Shown here piece by piece: positions 25,096 to 38,139 of a DNA stretch of 64,000 bases. Source of the stretch: Octopus sinensis (lineage: Eukaryota); the NCBI RefSeq assembly GCF_006345805.1, contig NC_042999.1, forward strand, positions 70,680,001 to 70,744,000. Direction: 5' to 3'. The notes beneath the pieces are model-generated. The model did not search any database and was not told the origin of the DNA. It saw only the letters and a program-made list of their open reading frames with translations. Position numbers and translations under genes: made by a program. Within the stretch, counting starts at the first letter, position 1, and the number at the start of each line of letters is the position of its first letter.

Positions 25096-26122
25096 CTGTA
25101 AAAATATAAATACCAAAACAAAATAAAAAAAATAAAATTCAAGGATGTTGTAAAATTCACAGCTGTCACTTGCAAACAAGTTTTAGCTTCTAGTAATTGT
25201 TTTAGGTACCTATGTAGCTGCAAGCTAAGTTACCCTCTTGACACTCCAAACCATTAACTCAGCAGGCCACTGAAGATGTAACAGGTGAAAGGAGAGATGG
25301 CTGCACTAGCATTAAGCTGATACTTATTTTCAGCCAAATAGATTGGAGCAACAAAAAATGAAGTACTTCAGTCAGTGACACAATAAGCCACTTGGTCCAG
25401 GAATCAAATTTCTGAGTCCAACATCACTAAGCCATGTGCCTTTATTTCCAGCCTATTGTAAGATGTGACTAAAAGGTTTGTTGTCAAGGCTCTCTAACCG
25501 TAAAACCCTGCCTTAAAAAAACCCTATCCAACCCATACCAGCATGGAAAAGCAGATTTAAAAATGACAGCAATAATATCATTGTCATCATTTAAGTAGCC
25601 TCTTTTCTAAGTTCACATGGGTTGGATGAAATTTGCAGAAGTGGATTTTCTACAACAAGATGCCCTTTCCATCACCAACCCATATGTTTCTAAGTAAGGT
25701 GATATTTCCCCATGACCAGACATATTTTCAAGGAAGACTGGAAATGACAGCTTCCACTTACATGACAGTGATACTTGTTTACAACTATTATGTGATCTCA
25801 AGGCAAGAAGACAGTAATACACACACACACACACATATATATACATATATAACTGACTTTCAGTTTCCACCTACCAAATCCAATCACAAAGTTTTGGTCA
25901 GACTAGGATTATAGGTGCCATGCCGTGGGAGTGAGCTGAATTCCAAACTATGTCTAGACATCCATGCTTAAGCCTACTAAGGTCTTATTTTATTGCTATC
26001 ATGTTATTTACATTGCCTTGTGAAATGTGACACACCTCACTTCCATATAAGAAAGGAGTGGTAAGAGAAACTGAGATAGGAGAGAAATAAAAAGGTGAAA
26101 TATAGACAATAAGAAATTTAAA

Positions 26123-26321
26123 CCCTTTAGCATTCACATTATTCTGTCAAAAATGCTTCGTTATTCACATTGTTTTGAATTAATCATGCATTATTTTGTA
26201 ACATTGAGATTCTGATGAGGTAACTCTTAATTTCTAGAATGATATTGTAGGACCTGGCCAGCTTGAACATAAAACAGGCAGAATATTTTGGCTGGATATG
26301 ACAAGTTTCAATACTAAAGGG
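26123..26321. mobile_element. piggyBac-type MITE
   Basis: CCCTTTAGCATT...AATACTAAAGGG followed by TTAA; ends 35 bp from the RFC1 exon donor at 26355. Confidence 0.7.
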
Positions 26322-26355
26322 TTAAGGATGTGAAAAAAGAGAACCCTGCACTTAC

Positions 26356-26599
26356 CAGGACTACTTGAAGAAGTGGCTGATTTAGAAGGAGTAAGTTGTT
26401 TGGAAGTTCTTTCAGGAGTATCTTTGCAATATGTAACTGTCATTTCTGGTGTTCCTCGTCTTGGTGTGAGTCTTTTTTCTGGTGTCACTTTACTGAGTGT
26501 AACACTTTTCTTTGGAGTGACAGAACAGCTAGAAGTTATTTTCGAAGGTGTGTGTTTCTGAGGTGTAACTGCTTTTTTCTCAGGTGTTTTGCCTTTAGC
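26356..26599 (-). CDS. RFC1: RFC1 coding exon 6 of 19 (T-P-x-K/R repeat exon)
   Basis: tag|GCT...G|gtaagt; open frame AKGKTPEKKAVTPQKHTPSKITSSCSVTPKKSVTLSKVTPEKRLTPRRGTPEMTVTYCKDTPERTSKQLTPSKSATSSSSP; phase 0 to 1 fits both neighbours. Confidence 0.88.
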
Positions 26600-27057
26600 C
26601 TAATATATGTATTAAAAAAAAAAAGAGTGTAATCAATAATAGTAGATGATGTTTAGTTCCAGGTCATCTTTGATTGAGCAGATCTACAATCAAAGACATT
26701 CTAGTTATGACCATCCCATCTCTTTTGTATGTATATAACTGCATTATCCAATATGTCCTCCCTTTTTTAAAGTAATAGGTTATAATTCAAGAGACATTTG
26801 GCTGTTATTTCTAATTGAACATGGACAGAAAACAAAAGGTAAGGGACACCTCATTGGCTCATTTGGAGAAGAATTAGAAAGGTGTAAATATGGTCACTAA
26901 GAATAAACATCAGCTGAAGAATTCTTTTATTTTTTTATTTTGAGGATTGAATACTGGAGCTGGTGCATTACTATGCTAGCTCCCACAATTCTAGTAATGA
27001 ACATTAACTATGTTTTAATGAAAAATAATTATTCAGTGAGGAAATGATATTAGCACC

Positions 27058-27496
27058 GACGTCTGGCAGCTGACTTGGCAGACATCCATAAAATTATTAA
27101 CCATCTTACAAACAATAACTTTGAGCACCTTTTCAAACTCCACCTGTCTAACACCCGTGGACATGTTTACAAAGTCAGAAAACAGCACAGCGCCCATGAC
27201 TTTCGGAAACATTTTTTCATGCTAAGAGTTGCTGAAGTATGGAACAAACTGCCAGCATCAGTTGTTAGTTGTCGGAGCACTGCATCCTTCAAAACTTCCA
27301 TGCTTCCTGAGATTTGCCAACACTACACCTGATTTTTTCTCCCCTCCATACACACACAAGCATGTATCTGACTCATACACTGTTCACTATCCAGACATTT
27401 GTACATTACTGCATATGCTTTATATGCACTTTTGACAAGTTGTGGTGCACCTGAGCACTGTATACAATAATTTCATTATTATTATTATTATTATTA
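27058..27496 (+). mobile_element. 5'-truncated CR1-type LINE 3' end, (ATT)n tail
   Basis: LADIHKIINHLTNNNFEHLFKLHLSNTRGHVYKVRKQH; near copy of about 44030-44455. Confidence 0.88.
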
Positions 27497-27935
27497 TACT
27501 TTTATTAAAAGTGAGTCATTGCACTGCCACCACCCATACACCCATATTATCACACTGCCTAGCAATGAAAATAAAAGTATAGAATTTTAGTCATAAAAAT
27601 AGGTATGTCCTTTTTTAAAAGATTGAAAACCAATGTTGTCAATATCACAGCAAATCAGCCATGTGTTACAAGCACATGAAGTTTAAATAGCTTAAAATAG
27701 ATGACCTAATTAATCAATCTGACATCTTGAAAAACAAAGGTAAAAAACATTCAATACACAAAATCATTATCTGTTTTGAATTCCTTCAATATATTTGTTT
27801 CCATGCTACCAACAAAGATATCTGAATTTCTTACTGCAGTTATCATCATCAACATTAGCATCACCACCACTCCAACACAGACAACACAAACTGATACCAC
27901 AATGAGCACTATCATACAAAATTGGATTTGTCTAC

Positions 27936-28028
27936 CTTTTTGTTAACAGGAATTTCTTCATCAAGCTGAGCCAAGGTTGCCAGGAAATCATCATCATCAT
28001 GAAATTCGTCTTCAAAAGATTCATCCAC
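27936..28028 (-). CDS. RFC1: RFC1 coding exon 5 of 19
   Basis: aag|GTG...AAG|gtagac; VDESFEDEFHDDDDFLATLAQLDEEIPVNKK (compare human LHEDEEFARTLAMLDEEPKTKK); phase 0 to 0. Confidence 0.9.
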
Positions 28029-29102
28029 CTTGTAAAAGATCAAAAAGAAGAAAGATGTTAGAATTTATTTGAAACAATATTACTGAAATATGGAGAATAC
28101 TAGACTACCCATGACCCGTTGGGTCACCAATAGTTCAAGGTACCTGAAAAAACTGTGTATCTCAGGAATCAGTGGTCCGATTTACATGAAACTTGTGTTA
28201 TTCTGTTCATATTTATATTTCAATAGTACCTTATTTTCAAAGCATTTTCCCCATTATATGCTGGTTTGGCTATTTATAAAGGTATCCAAAAAAAACACGT
28301 ATCTCTGAAATCCATAGTCTGTTTTATACAAAATTTGTTTTATTTTGTTTGTATTCGCATGAGCATCTGATTCATGATGTCTCCTGCTTTTGTCTCTTCC
28401 CTTGTCTTGCTGGGAAACTCCAAGGTCCCCACCGTCCCTCCACCCCTTTCTTTTCTGGAAAAACAGTGGCTCTGGCAGGTTTGGAGGTGAGATACATTGA
28501 ATCCATAAGAAAAAAACCTGTGGAAAAAAATTATTTCACACTGAGGTACAAATGGGTCCTTTAAGAAATATTTACCCTTGAAAATAATTTTTAAAAATAT
28601 TAAAATTTTGTCTGTTTAAAGAAAGCTAAAATATAAATACTTACTGTACTTGTATTTTTTGAAATCACATTCACTTAAAAATATTTCTAAATGATTAAAA
28701 TAGAAACATTTACTGTAAAAATAACTTGTATTTTTTCATTGGGATGTTAAAGTCACTAAGACTTTTGACCAGGTCATGAAGTTTGTCTTCAAATACAGAA
28801 GACATTGATCATGTATCTAATCAAAAGGTTTCCTACATTTCAGGGTTATGTTATTTTGGGGTATTTTCCCATTATGTACCATTTTGGGCATTTATGAATA
28901 CTCCCAAAGCTGCTTAGTTTCCTGAGAATATCCAACTCATACTTAATATTTGTGTGGATGTGTGTATATATTAAGTCATACACACCACGTACGTACGCAC
29001 GTACATACATACCTACATACACACAAACACACACACACACACACATACAAATAGATTGATTATGAGAATGAAGTGGATAAATGAAAACAATAAATAACTT
29101 AC

Positions 29103-29290
29103 TTCATTCTTTTCCTTAATAGTTACTTTCCTTTCTGTTCTTTCAACTACAGAAGAACCAAAGAAATCTGCACTGCTCACTGCTTCTCTTTTTGCTGGAG
29201 ACTTTGCATTTTTTGATGAAGTTGGTTTCTCATTTTGAGACTGAGGTTTGAAGAAAGTTTTGATTGAAGATTTCATTCCATCATCTTCAT
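29103..29290 (-). CDS. RFC1: RFC1 coding exon 4 of 19
   Basis: tag|AT...GAA|gtaagt; (D)EDDGMKSSIKTFFKPQSQNEKPTSSKNAKSPAKREAVSSADFFGSSVVERTERKVTIKEKNE (DFFGSSVVER corresponds to human DYFGTGSVQR); phase 1 to 0. Confidence 0.92.
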
Positions 29291-29529
29291 CTAGAGTTAT
29301 CAAATTAGAAAATTTTCAATGAAAATAATAATGGAATCATTTCAGAATAATCACTGACATGGATTGGACAGTTTGACAGGAGCTGGTAAGCTGCCTGGAC
29401 TCCATTTTGTCTGTTTGGCATGTGTTTCTATGGCTGGATGTTCTTTTTAATGCCAATCACTTTACAGAGTGTACTGGGTGCTCTTAACAACAACTTGTAC
29501 ACTAAATTCCTTGCTATACTCATTGGCAA

Positions 29530-29990
29530 CTTTCACCTTACTCCCTGTACATGGCTTTAACAGCACTCACCAACCATTCATTTATTCCTAGTATCTGCAT
29601 TGCCCACCAGATATGGAAGCTGGAGACCCAGTCAAAGGCTTTCTCTTTGTCAACAAAAGCCAAATACAGAGGTTTATTTCTGGCTAAATACATCTTCTGT
29701 AGTTGCCCCACCAGGAAGATAGCATCAGTAATGCCTCTTCCTGACACAAAACCAAACTGCATCTCATCTAGGTTAACTCTTCCCAATTAATTGAGCTATG
29801 ACCATTTCTGTAACTTTCATCACCTGGTCCAGCAATTTGATATCTCTGTAATTATTTCTGTTTAAGGCATCACCTTTACCTTTATAGTAGTGTGTTGTAG
29901 CCATTATCTCAGATCCCAATAACTCCAGTATAACTGGCTGTACAAAAGTAATAGAAAATGGAAGGATTCGTGTCTGTAACATATGACAAT
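29530..29990 (-). mobile_element. Internal RTE reverse-transcriptase fragment (pseudogene)
   Basis: YKGKGDALNRNNYRDIKLLDQVMKVTE and DEMQFGFVSGRGITDAIFLV...YLAFVDKEKAFD, frameshifted. Confidence 0.85.
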
Positions 29991-30284
29991 ATTATAAGAT
30001 TAGCTCTCAGTCCTAAAGTCAAATCTTTCCGTGAGCTTACAGTATGATAGAAGCCCTTTTTAAAGTTTCTCAGGACTACTCCAGAGTTGATATGAAAATG
30101 ACTAAGAGAATATGTTTATACTTGATATCAAAAACATGGTAAAAATATGCATTATAACAAGTAGAGTGGTGTTACTTGGTTTTTACAGAGAGGAACCTGT
30201 ATCTCAATCTGAATACCTGATTGTAGCTTCTTTATGGCCCTTTATTTATGTAAAGCTTCTGGAAAAGGGCATAAAAGTTACACA

Positions 30285-31010
30285 TCATCACCATCATCAT
30301 TTAACATGTTGTCCATGCTGACATAGGTTGGATGGTTCAACCAGGGCTGGTAAGCTGGAAGGCTGCACCAGACTCAGTCAGATTTGGCATGGTTTTCTAT
30401 GGTTGGATGTCCTTCCTAACACCAACCACTCAGAGTGTAATGGGTGCTATTACATGTCACCGGCATGGGTGCAGTTTGTGTGACACCAGTATCTGCAACA
30501 ACTGCGATTTTCTTGGCTTGATGGGTCTTCTTCCTAAGCACGGCATAATGCCAAAGGTCTCGGCCATTGCCTCCACGAGGCCCAAAACTTTAAAGGAACT
30601 CAGCTACTTTGCCTCCTTGCGGCTCCATGCTTGAAAAGAACTCAGCCACTTTGCTTCTGTGAGGACAAATGCTCAAAAGGAACTCAGCCTCTTTGCCTCC
30701 ATGAGGCCCAACACTCAAAAGGAACACAGCCACTTTGTGTCTGTGTGGCCCAACGCTCAAAAGGTGCCCTTTACGTGCCACCAGCACAAGTGCTAGTTAT
30801 GTGACACCAGCATTCACCATGACCCCAATTATTCTTGACTTGATGAGTCTTCTCAATCACAGCATGTTGCCAACGGTCTCAGTCACTCATCATTGCCTCT
30901 GTGAGGCTCAAAGTTTGAAGATCATGCTTCACCACTTCATCCCATGTCTTTCAGGGTCTATCTCTACCACAGTTTCCCTCCACAGTTAGAGATCAGCACT
31001 TCTGTCCTCA
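30285..31010 (-). mobile_element. RTE 3' fragment carrying a 42-bp tandem array
   Basis: (GAT)n tail near 30285 and the RTE 3' end motif; four 42-bp units at 30570-30737 plus a partial fifth. A related copy lies at about 55630-56140. Confidence 0.7.
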
Positions 31011-31271
31011 CCTATATGCATCACATGATCACACCTCTCTCCTAAAACTCTTAAACTTCATTTCTAACTAATTTTTGCCAACTCTCTCAAATAACTCATG
31101 CTAGAAGAGTTATAAGGGAGTCACAGAAAAAGAGTAAGAGGAACAGAAAGAGAAAAGTATGCTACTAAAACAAAAAATAAAATACAAATCCATAAATAAT
31201 AACTATTATGAATACTAAAAGAAATTGATTTATACAAAAGTTTTGAGCTTAAAAATACTTAAATAACTTGC

Positions 31272-31349
31272 CTGATTCACAGAACATAGGCTGTCTCTTT
31301 TTTGGTTTTTTCTCTCTGGGTTTCTTCACTTTAACTTCTTCTTCAGAAT
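31272..31349 (-). CDS. RFC1: RFC1 coding exon 3 of 19 (GC donor)
   Basis: ttattcag|AT...CAG|gcaagt; (D)SEEEVKVKKPREKKPKKRQPMFCES; 78 nt, phase 1 to 1, composition continuous with the flanking exons. Confidence 0.75.
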
Positions 31350-32824
31350 CTGAATAAGAAATTATATATATATATATATACGCACACACACACACACTTT
31401 CTTGAAAGGCAGAACAAAAGCAACTCAAGAATCAAATTGGATTTTATATGTTAAGCCTAATGACTTTGTTCATTTTCTTTTCTGAACAAAATTAAAATTT
31501 TGAGAAGTTACTTTTTCTAAAGACTAATAAAGGAAGGATTCATCAACATCATCTTTTTTTCCTTCTTCACCATTTTAACAACCACATTTCCATACTAACA
31601 CAGGTTGGATGGAGATGATTGAGGCAGACTCTCTACAGCTGGATGCCCTTTCTATTTGCCAACCCTAACTAATTTCCAAGCAAAATAATGGTCCCACATG
31701 GCCAGACATATTAGAGAATATTGGAGATGAATGACAATTGTCTGACAGTAACATGCATTTACAACTACCAAGCAATGTCAAATCAAGGAAACACAAACTC
31801 ACACATACATATATAGTTGCTCAGGTACCATGCAGTGAGACTGAACCTAAAACCATGCGGCGAGGAAGCAAACTTCCTTACCACCCAGCTACATGCGCTT
31901 AGATACTTCATATTGATTAGTCTTAGCTTTTCTGTAGTCAGAACACTTTGTAAAGTGACTTTACAAGACACTAACAGTGCCATATATGGACAGGTAAAGG
32001 AGCTTATCATCATCCTCATTTTAACTACTTTTTCATGCTTGCATTGGTCAGACAGGATTTGTTGAGACAGACTTTCTACAGCAAGATGCCCTTCTTGTTG
32101 CCAACCCTCACTTGTTTCCATGGAAGATTGGATATGAAAAATACTATTTGTATGATAGTGATGTTGGTTTACATCTATTGCTCAATGTCAAGACAAGGAG
32201 ACAAAAAATACACACATACATATACAAAGGACTTCTTTCAATTTTTGTCAACCAAATCCACTCACAAGGCATTGATCAGCCCAGGGCTATATTAGCAAAC
32301 ACTTGCCCAAAGTTCCATGCAGTAGAACTGAACCTGAAACCATGTGCTTGGGAAGCAAACTACTCATTATACAGCCATGCTTGCACCTGGAAGATAGAAA
32401 CGCTGATGAGGTAAATCAAATCAGATGATCTTTCAGCCTCAGAGATATAACACAGCATCATGGAGAATGACATGATACACTACAATGTCCATTCCATAGC
32501 AGTAGGGGGTTGAAAAAGTCACTTTAGATAGTTGACATGTATTTTTGCTTTTGCATTTTTATTAATAAAACAAAGAGGAAGCTTCTATATTGTTGCAGAA
32601 TCTGCTAGAAATAACTAAATATTCCTAAAATCATATGGATAGTGGATTCCTAGATACAATATGTCTGAATTATAACACTGAGCGGTCAGGTCACTGTTGA
32701 AACATCTTTGAGGTTTTACTCAATCAGAGTTGACCTGGGGCTAAACAACAACAACATAAAATAGAATCTGATGTTAATATTCCATTATTATTTGAATTTT
32801 GTTTTTGTTTCTTTATTATCTTAC

Positions 32825-32933
32825 CAGAATCAGATATTCTGTAACTGTGTTTCTTCTTCTTTTTCTTTCCTTTTTTGATAATTCTTCGAGACACATCATC
32901 ATCTGATTCTTCTTTCTCCTCTTCACTTGAAAT
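32825..32933 (-). CDS. RFC1: RFC1 coding exon 2 of 19
   Basis: tag|ATT...G|gtaaga; ISSEEEKEESDDDVSRRIIKKGKKKKKKHSYRISDS; phase 0 to 1. Confidence 0.85.
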
Positions 32934-35206
32934 CTAAATCACAAATTTGTACAAAAATTAGGCTCATATAACTAATTAAAAATTTCAATAACTGAATATC
33001 ATATATGTGCGTCAGTGAATGAATGAGTGAGAAAAAGAGAACAATTTGGAAGTGGTACTGATGACCTTCCTAAATGAATTTAATGACTTAACTAAATCTT
33101 TTGCAAGTAGGAACTGAAACTAAGTTAAAGACTTTGCAAAATACTTATAGCTTCATTTCAGTGCCCCAGGCTGACAGTTTAACCTTTTAGCATTTAAACC
33201 ATTCCAGTTTGCTGTAAGGTTTACTGTAAGAATTTAAAGATCATCTGAGTTTAAATGTAACAGAATTATGTTGTTTAAGGAAGACATGTCACAGAATTAC
33301 CATATTTTCTAGCATCAATGTAGTATATCATCATCATCATCCTCAATATTTAATGTTTGCTTTCTATGCTGGCATGAGTTGGATGGTTTCACAAGAACTG
33401 GCAAAGCAAGGGGCTGCACCAAGTACCATAGTCTGTTTTGGCTTGGTCTCTATGGTTGGATGTCCTGCCTAACATCATCCACTTTACAGAGTGTGCTGGG
33501 TGCTTTTTACATGGAACCAGCACCCACACCAATACATTTTAGATGGCACCTTGGTTTTAGGATCCCATTTAATCATCCCTATCTTTCTAGGCAGGGGAAT
33601 CACTTGGCTCATCCGATAATGAAGAGCAAAGTTATCCAAATGAACTGATGCTAATTGCAGGTCCCAATGAGCATCGACATCTCAGACATACCTTGTACCC
33701 CAGGATCCCATCATCCTAGGGATCTGTCCAGTAGAGAGGTGATTATGTGCTGTGTAGGGACCGGCATGTCAGAGAATAGATCCAACATTTCTTCTGCATG
33801 TTGTAAAAGATAATTAAAAGAAGTTGAGATAGCTAAAAGAGGTTGAGATGGGATTTGCACTCACCAGCAACAACTACCCAAACAGATCCACGGGTTGAAG
33901 GGTTGTCACCTGAGTGGAGCAAAGGTGTCATTTGCCAGGGGTAGGGAATCACTAACAAATGATGGCTACAGTAACACAGTTACAGTGTATGCCCCCATGC
34001 TACTGCTACTACTAATACTACTATTTTTCCAAATCCAGCTGCATTTCACATTTTTGGTCTTCCAAAGTTATCTTGGTGTGTAAGTTGACCAACCTTTTTT
34101 TTTGGGCTGCAAATTTTGGTTTGAAAAATTCAACTTGTATGCCAGAAAATTTGGTGTAGAGAACCAGGTTAGGCAAAAATCTTTAAATGCAGTTTTTCAT
34201 ACAAAAGAATCCACAGGTGTTTGAAAGACACAAAGATGAAGAAATAGTTTTTAGGTTGAATTGCCAGACCAATTCAAAGACATTGCAAAGATGTTGGAGT
34301 GAGAGAGTCTTGCAAACTTTCTCATATATGAAACTGGCAGCGCAACACAGATCAAAGGGTTAACATGTTGGCTAGTCACATACATGCTGATAGCTTTTTA
34401 CAAATGTATGCCTTGATGTGCCTTTGTTGTTGCAAGGATTCTGGATGACATTTTGAGTTTTTTATAAAACTGATATTCTTGTGAAAAATGTATGACATTT
34501 TTGCAGTTTTGGCCGCTTTATTTCTCTTCAAATAACTTACATGCCTTCAGCTTAGGCACATATATTACACACACACAAACACACTTTGCTTAAGCATAGC
34601 AAGACTAATAACCTAGTGCAGAACTCAATATACATATGCTTCAGAATAAAGCATTAGTTGAGTACAGAGTGGTCATAAGAAAATGAGATGACAAAGGAAT
34701 AAACAGTTATCTTATGAACTTCATGCTTTTTTCCTATAGGTATGCATAAATGTAATTCTTTTCCTAAATAAATTGTATTTCATATTCAAGGCTCTGATAA
34801 AGCAATACAGCATTACTCAAGAACTCAACTTGAGTCCACTACACCTTATAGCTGAAACAGCTGTAAGCTAATGAAGTTCATATGATAATTGTTTATTCCT
34901 TTGTTATCTTATTTCGTTATATATGTACATATATAAAGATATATGCTAAAGCTAAAATATATGAATTTTTAAAAATACAAGGGCATATGTATAAAATTTC
35001 TTTCAAAAGAGGAAATAGAGGAGAAATAAATTGAAAGGGAAAAAAAGGGATATAAATAACTTTAGAAAACTGAGGTAGTTTATTAAGAGTATATCTTTAA
35101 AAGAAAGAACTAGATTAAAAGTGAAAATAATGGATTAGCAAGTAATGTGAAAATGAAAAAAAGGTTTTTTTCATTTAGAGTTAATGAGTATGTGAAATAT
35201 TTTTAC

Positions 35207-35992
35207 CTTAATATTTTTCTTCTTATCTTTCTTCTTGGAGGTTTTCTTTAAAGGTGAAGAATCACTGTCAACATCGCTATCAACATACATTACCATTTCC
35301 TCTTTACCAATTCTTGCTGATTTCTCCTTTGATGCCACCCTTGACTTTTCTTTGCCAGCTTCCTCCTGACTTTTATTCAACTTCTCTTTCTTTTTTTCCA
35401 TAGTTTTCTCCTTATCATTCTTGCTAACAGACTTTTTGTCCTTGTCTTTTTTGCTAATAGATTTTTTGTCATGTTCTCTGGAGTTGTCCATCTGCTTTGG
35501 AGAGGTCTTCATTTTCTTAACATCAAAATCGTCATCGCTATCACTGAAATACCTCCGTTTTTTCCCAGACACTTTGCCAATATCTTCTGACTGCTTTTTC
35601 TCAGTCTTTTTCTTGCTGGTTTCTTTCTTATTATCCACATTTTTTTCTTGATGTGAAGATTTGTTTGTGCTATTTTCATCAGCTCTAGAACCTTTACCAT
35701 TGTATTTTTCTTTCTTCTTCACCTGCTCTGGTGTAGTTGCAGCAAGTTTCTTTCCTCCCAATACATTTTCATTAACACGTTTTTCAACTGAGTGATTGCT
35801 GGCATTTAGCTTCTTTCCAGGTTTCTCTCGCTTATCAATGTTGTTGTTCTCCTCTAAGATAATAAGATCCTTTGGAGATTTATTACTTTTCAAACCATCT
35901 GATTTAGTAGGAATTAACTCTTTGGGTTTATTTGGTGTAGAAGTTACCTTTTTAGCTGAACTTCCAATAGATCCAAAATAATTTCTGATATC
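35207..35992 (-). CDS. RFC1: RFC1 coding exon 1 of 19 found (786 bp; upstream ATG exon not located)
   Basis: ttctctag|GAT ATC AGA AAT TAT TTT GGA gives DIRNYFG, matching the RFC1 N-terminal (M)DIRxFFG motif; long K/E/D/S-rich open frame to AAG|gtaaaa; phase 0 to 0. Confidence 0.92.
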
Positions 35993-36099
35993 CTAGAGAA
36001 AAACAGAAATTAAATAAAACTTTTCAGTTTATTTTATTCAAATACATAAAGAGAGTCATAATAAAATAGTGATTTCTTTTATCTATGCATACAGGTACA

Positions 36100-36440
36100 G
36101 GTGTGACTGTGCAGCAATAAGATTTTTTATCAATCACATGGTTCTGGGTTCAGTCCCACAGCATGGCACCGGTGGGACTGAACCCAGGCCAACCAAAGTC
36201 TTGTGAATGGATTTGGTAGATGGAAACTGTGTCTTTGTGTTAGTGTTTGTCCCTCACCATCACTTGACAACCATTGTTAGTTTGTTAACATTCCTGTAAC
36301 TTAGTGGTTTGGCAAAAGAGACTGATAGAATAAGTACCAGGCTTAAAAGAAACAATACTCGGGGTAAGTTTGACTAAAAACCTTCAAAGTGGTGACCCAG
36401 CATGGCTGTAGTTCAATGACTGAAACAAGTAAATGATAAA
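36100..36440 (+). mobile_element. Decayed tRNA-derived SINE (family of 46994-47367)
   Basis: GGTTCAGTCCCAC...GGATTTGGTAGATGGAAACTG...CAGCATGGCTGTAGTTCAATGACTGAAACAAGTAAA. Confidence 0.7.
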
Positions 36441-37107
36441 AGCTTAAACTGTTTTCACATGGGAGGGATACAATTAGTAAATTGGTATCTCAATGTGAAG
36501 GCATGTGGCTAAGTGGTTAGGGTATTCAGCTCAAGATTGTAAGGTCGTAAGTTTGACACTTGGCAGTGTGTTGTATCCTTGACCAGAGCAATACTTGTGT
36601 TTCTGTGGAGTACTCAGCTACTGGCACATTAATTTCACAAGCAGGCTGTTCTGTTGATCAGATCAACTGGAATCCTCATTATCATAACCAACAGAGTGCT
36701 AGTATCTCAAAGTATTGTTTGCACTTATTTTTATCAAACTAGTGTCATCTGGTATAACTGATTCCAAAAGAATCCATACAAAACAGTGAAGCATCACACA
36801 GCCATATGTTCTGATTCAAATCCAATGATTATGATATTTTTTTGGCCTAAAATCTCCTAAGACTAGCTCCCATATCAACCTTACAGCTTCATCAAAGACA
36901 CCACATACAGTTATTGATATGGGTATATTAATATAATAGCCTCTTCCTTTACTGACATCATCCTACTCTTTTCAAAACTACAACTCGATTTCTATCTTTT
37001 ACTATGTTCTTTGTTTGAGTATCCCCACGTATCCACCCTGTGCATTAAAACCTGTTTTTTTTACTAGTTTGCAGTCATGATGGAGCACTGCTTTCAAAGG
37101 TTTAGCT

Positions 37108-37254
37108 CAGGCATGGGCAACCTTACCCAAGAAGCAGGCCACATGAGATATGATTCACCATCAGACAGGCCACACTACTAAAATAATTCAAGGTAATTTT
37201 TTTATTAGTTATGCAAGTCAAGAAGTTTCATGAGTCACAATTTAGCCATGACTG
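37108..37254. mobile_element. hAT-type MITE (decayed)
   Basis: CAGGCATGGGCAAC...TTAGCCATGACTG with 8-bp flanks GTTTAGCT / GTTTAGTC. Confidence 0.55.
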
Positions 37255-38139
37255 GTTTAGTCACTCAGATGGACCACAGTATATATTTCTATCTGGTACT
37301 CATTTTATTAATCTTTAATTTTCAAAGGACTAAGCTATGAGATGGCTGCCATCACTATCATTTATTGTCTATTTTCTGTGTTGGCATGGGTAGAATGATT
37401 TGGTAGATACTAGCAAGTCAGAAAATTGCATCAAGCTCTGCTGTCTGTTATGGCATGGTTTTCTAAGGCTGGATACCCTTCCTAACACCAACCACTTTAG
37501 AATGTACTGGGTGCTTTTCATGTGGTACCAGCGGCAGTGAGGTCATCAAGTAACTTGCAGGACAAGACTACTGAGGAGGATGAGTAAAGATGTCCTACAT
37601 AAATGCTGGCACAGACAGACACACACATATATGTATACATCATCATTGTCATTTAATGTCCATTTTCCATGCTGACATGGGTTGGACGGTTTGACTGAGG
37701 TCTAGAGAACCAGATGGCAGCACCAGGCTCCAATCTGATCTGGCAATGTTTCTACAGTTGGATGCCCTTCCTAACGTCAACCACTCCAAGAGTGTAGTGG
37801 ATGCTTTTTATGTGCCACCAACACAGGAGCCAGTCAGGTGGGCTTGGCATTGATCACGTTCAGATGATGCATTTGGGGCACTGGCCACAGCTATGAATTT
37901 GGTTTTATACATATATATATGCACATACACAAATAAACTATGGTTTAGTTTGCGTATATACTGTTGTGAAATATTTTGATTTTTAATGTATTAATCGAAT
38001 TATATTTCATATATAATTAATGACAATATGTATTTTGAATCCACTCTTCAATTTAAGGTTTTTCCTCAATTTTTTTTATAATAGGATGAATTTATATTGA
38101 ATTCATTGACTTTGTTTATCGCATGTTGGTTTGCTTGCT

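Noticed and set aside
28340-28570. Extra RFC1 exon in the GC-richer patch between exons 4 and 5
   Set aside because: The flanking exons already join in phase, I found no acceptor/donor pair preserving frame, and the patch sits in repeat-like sequence.
35171-35893. 240-aa ORF as a standalone gene
   Set aside because: It is part of the RFC1 exon 35207-35992; the frame begins at a splice acceptor and the tail runs past the donor.
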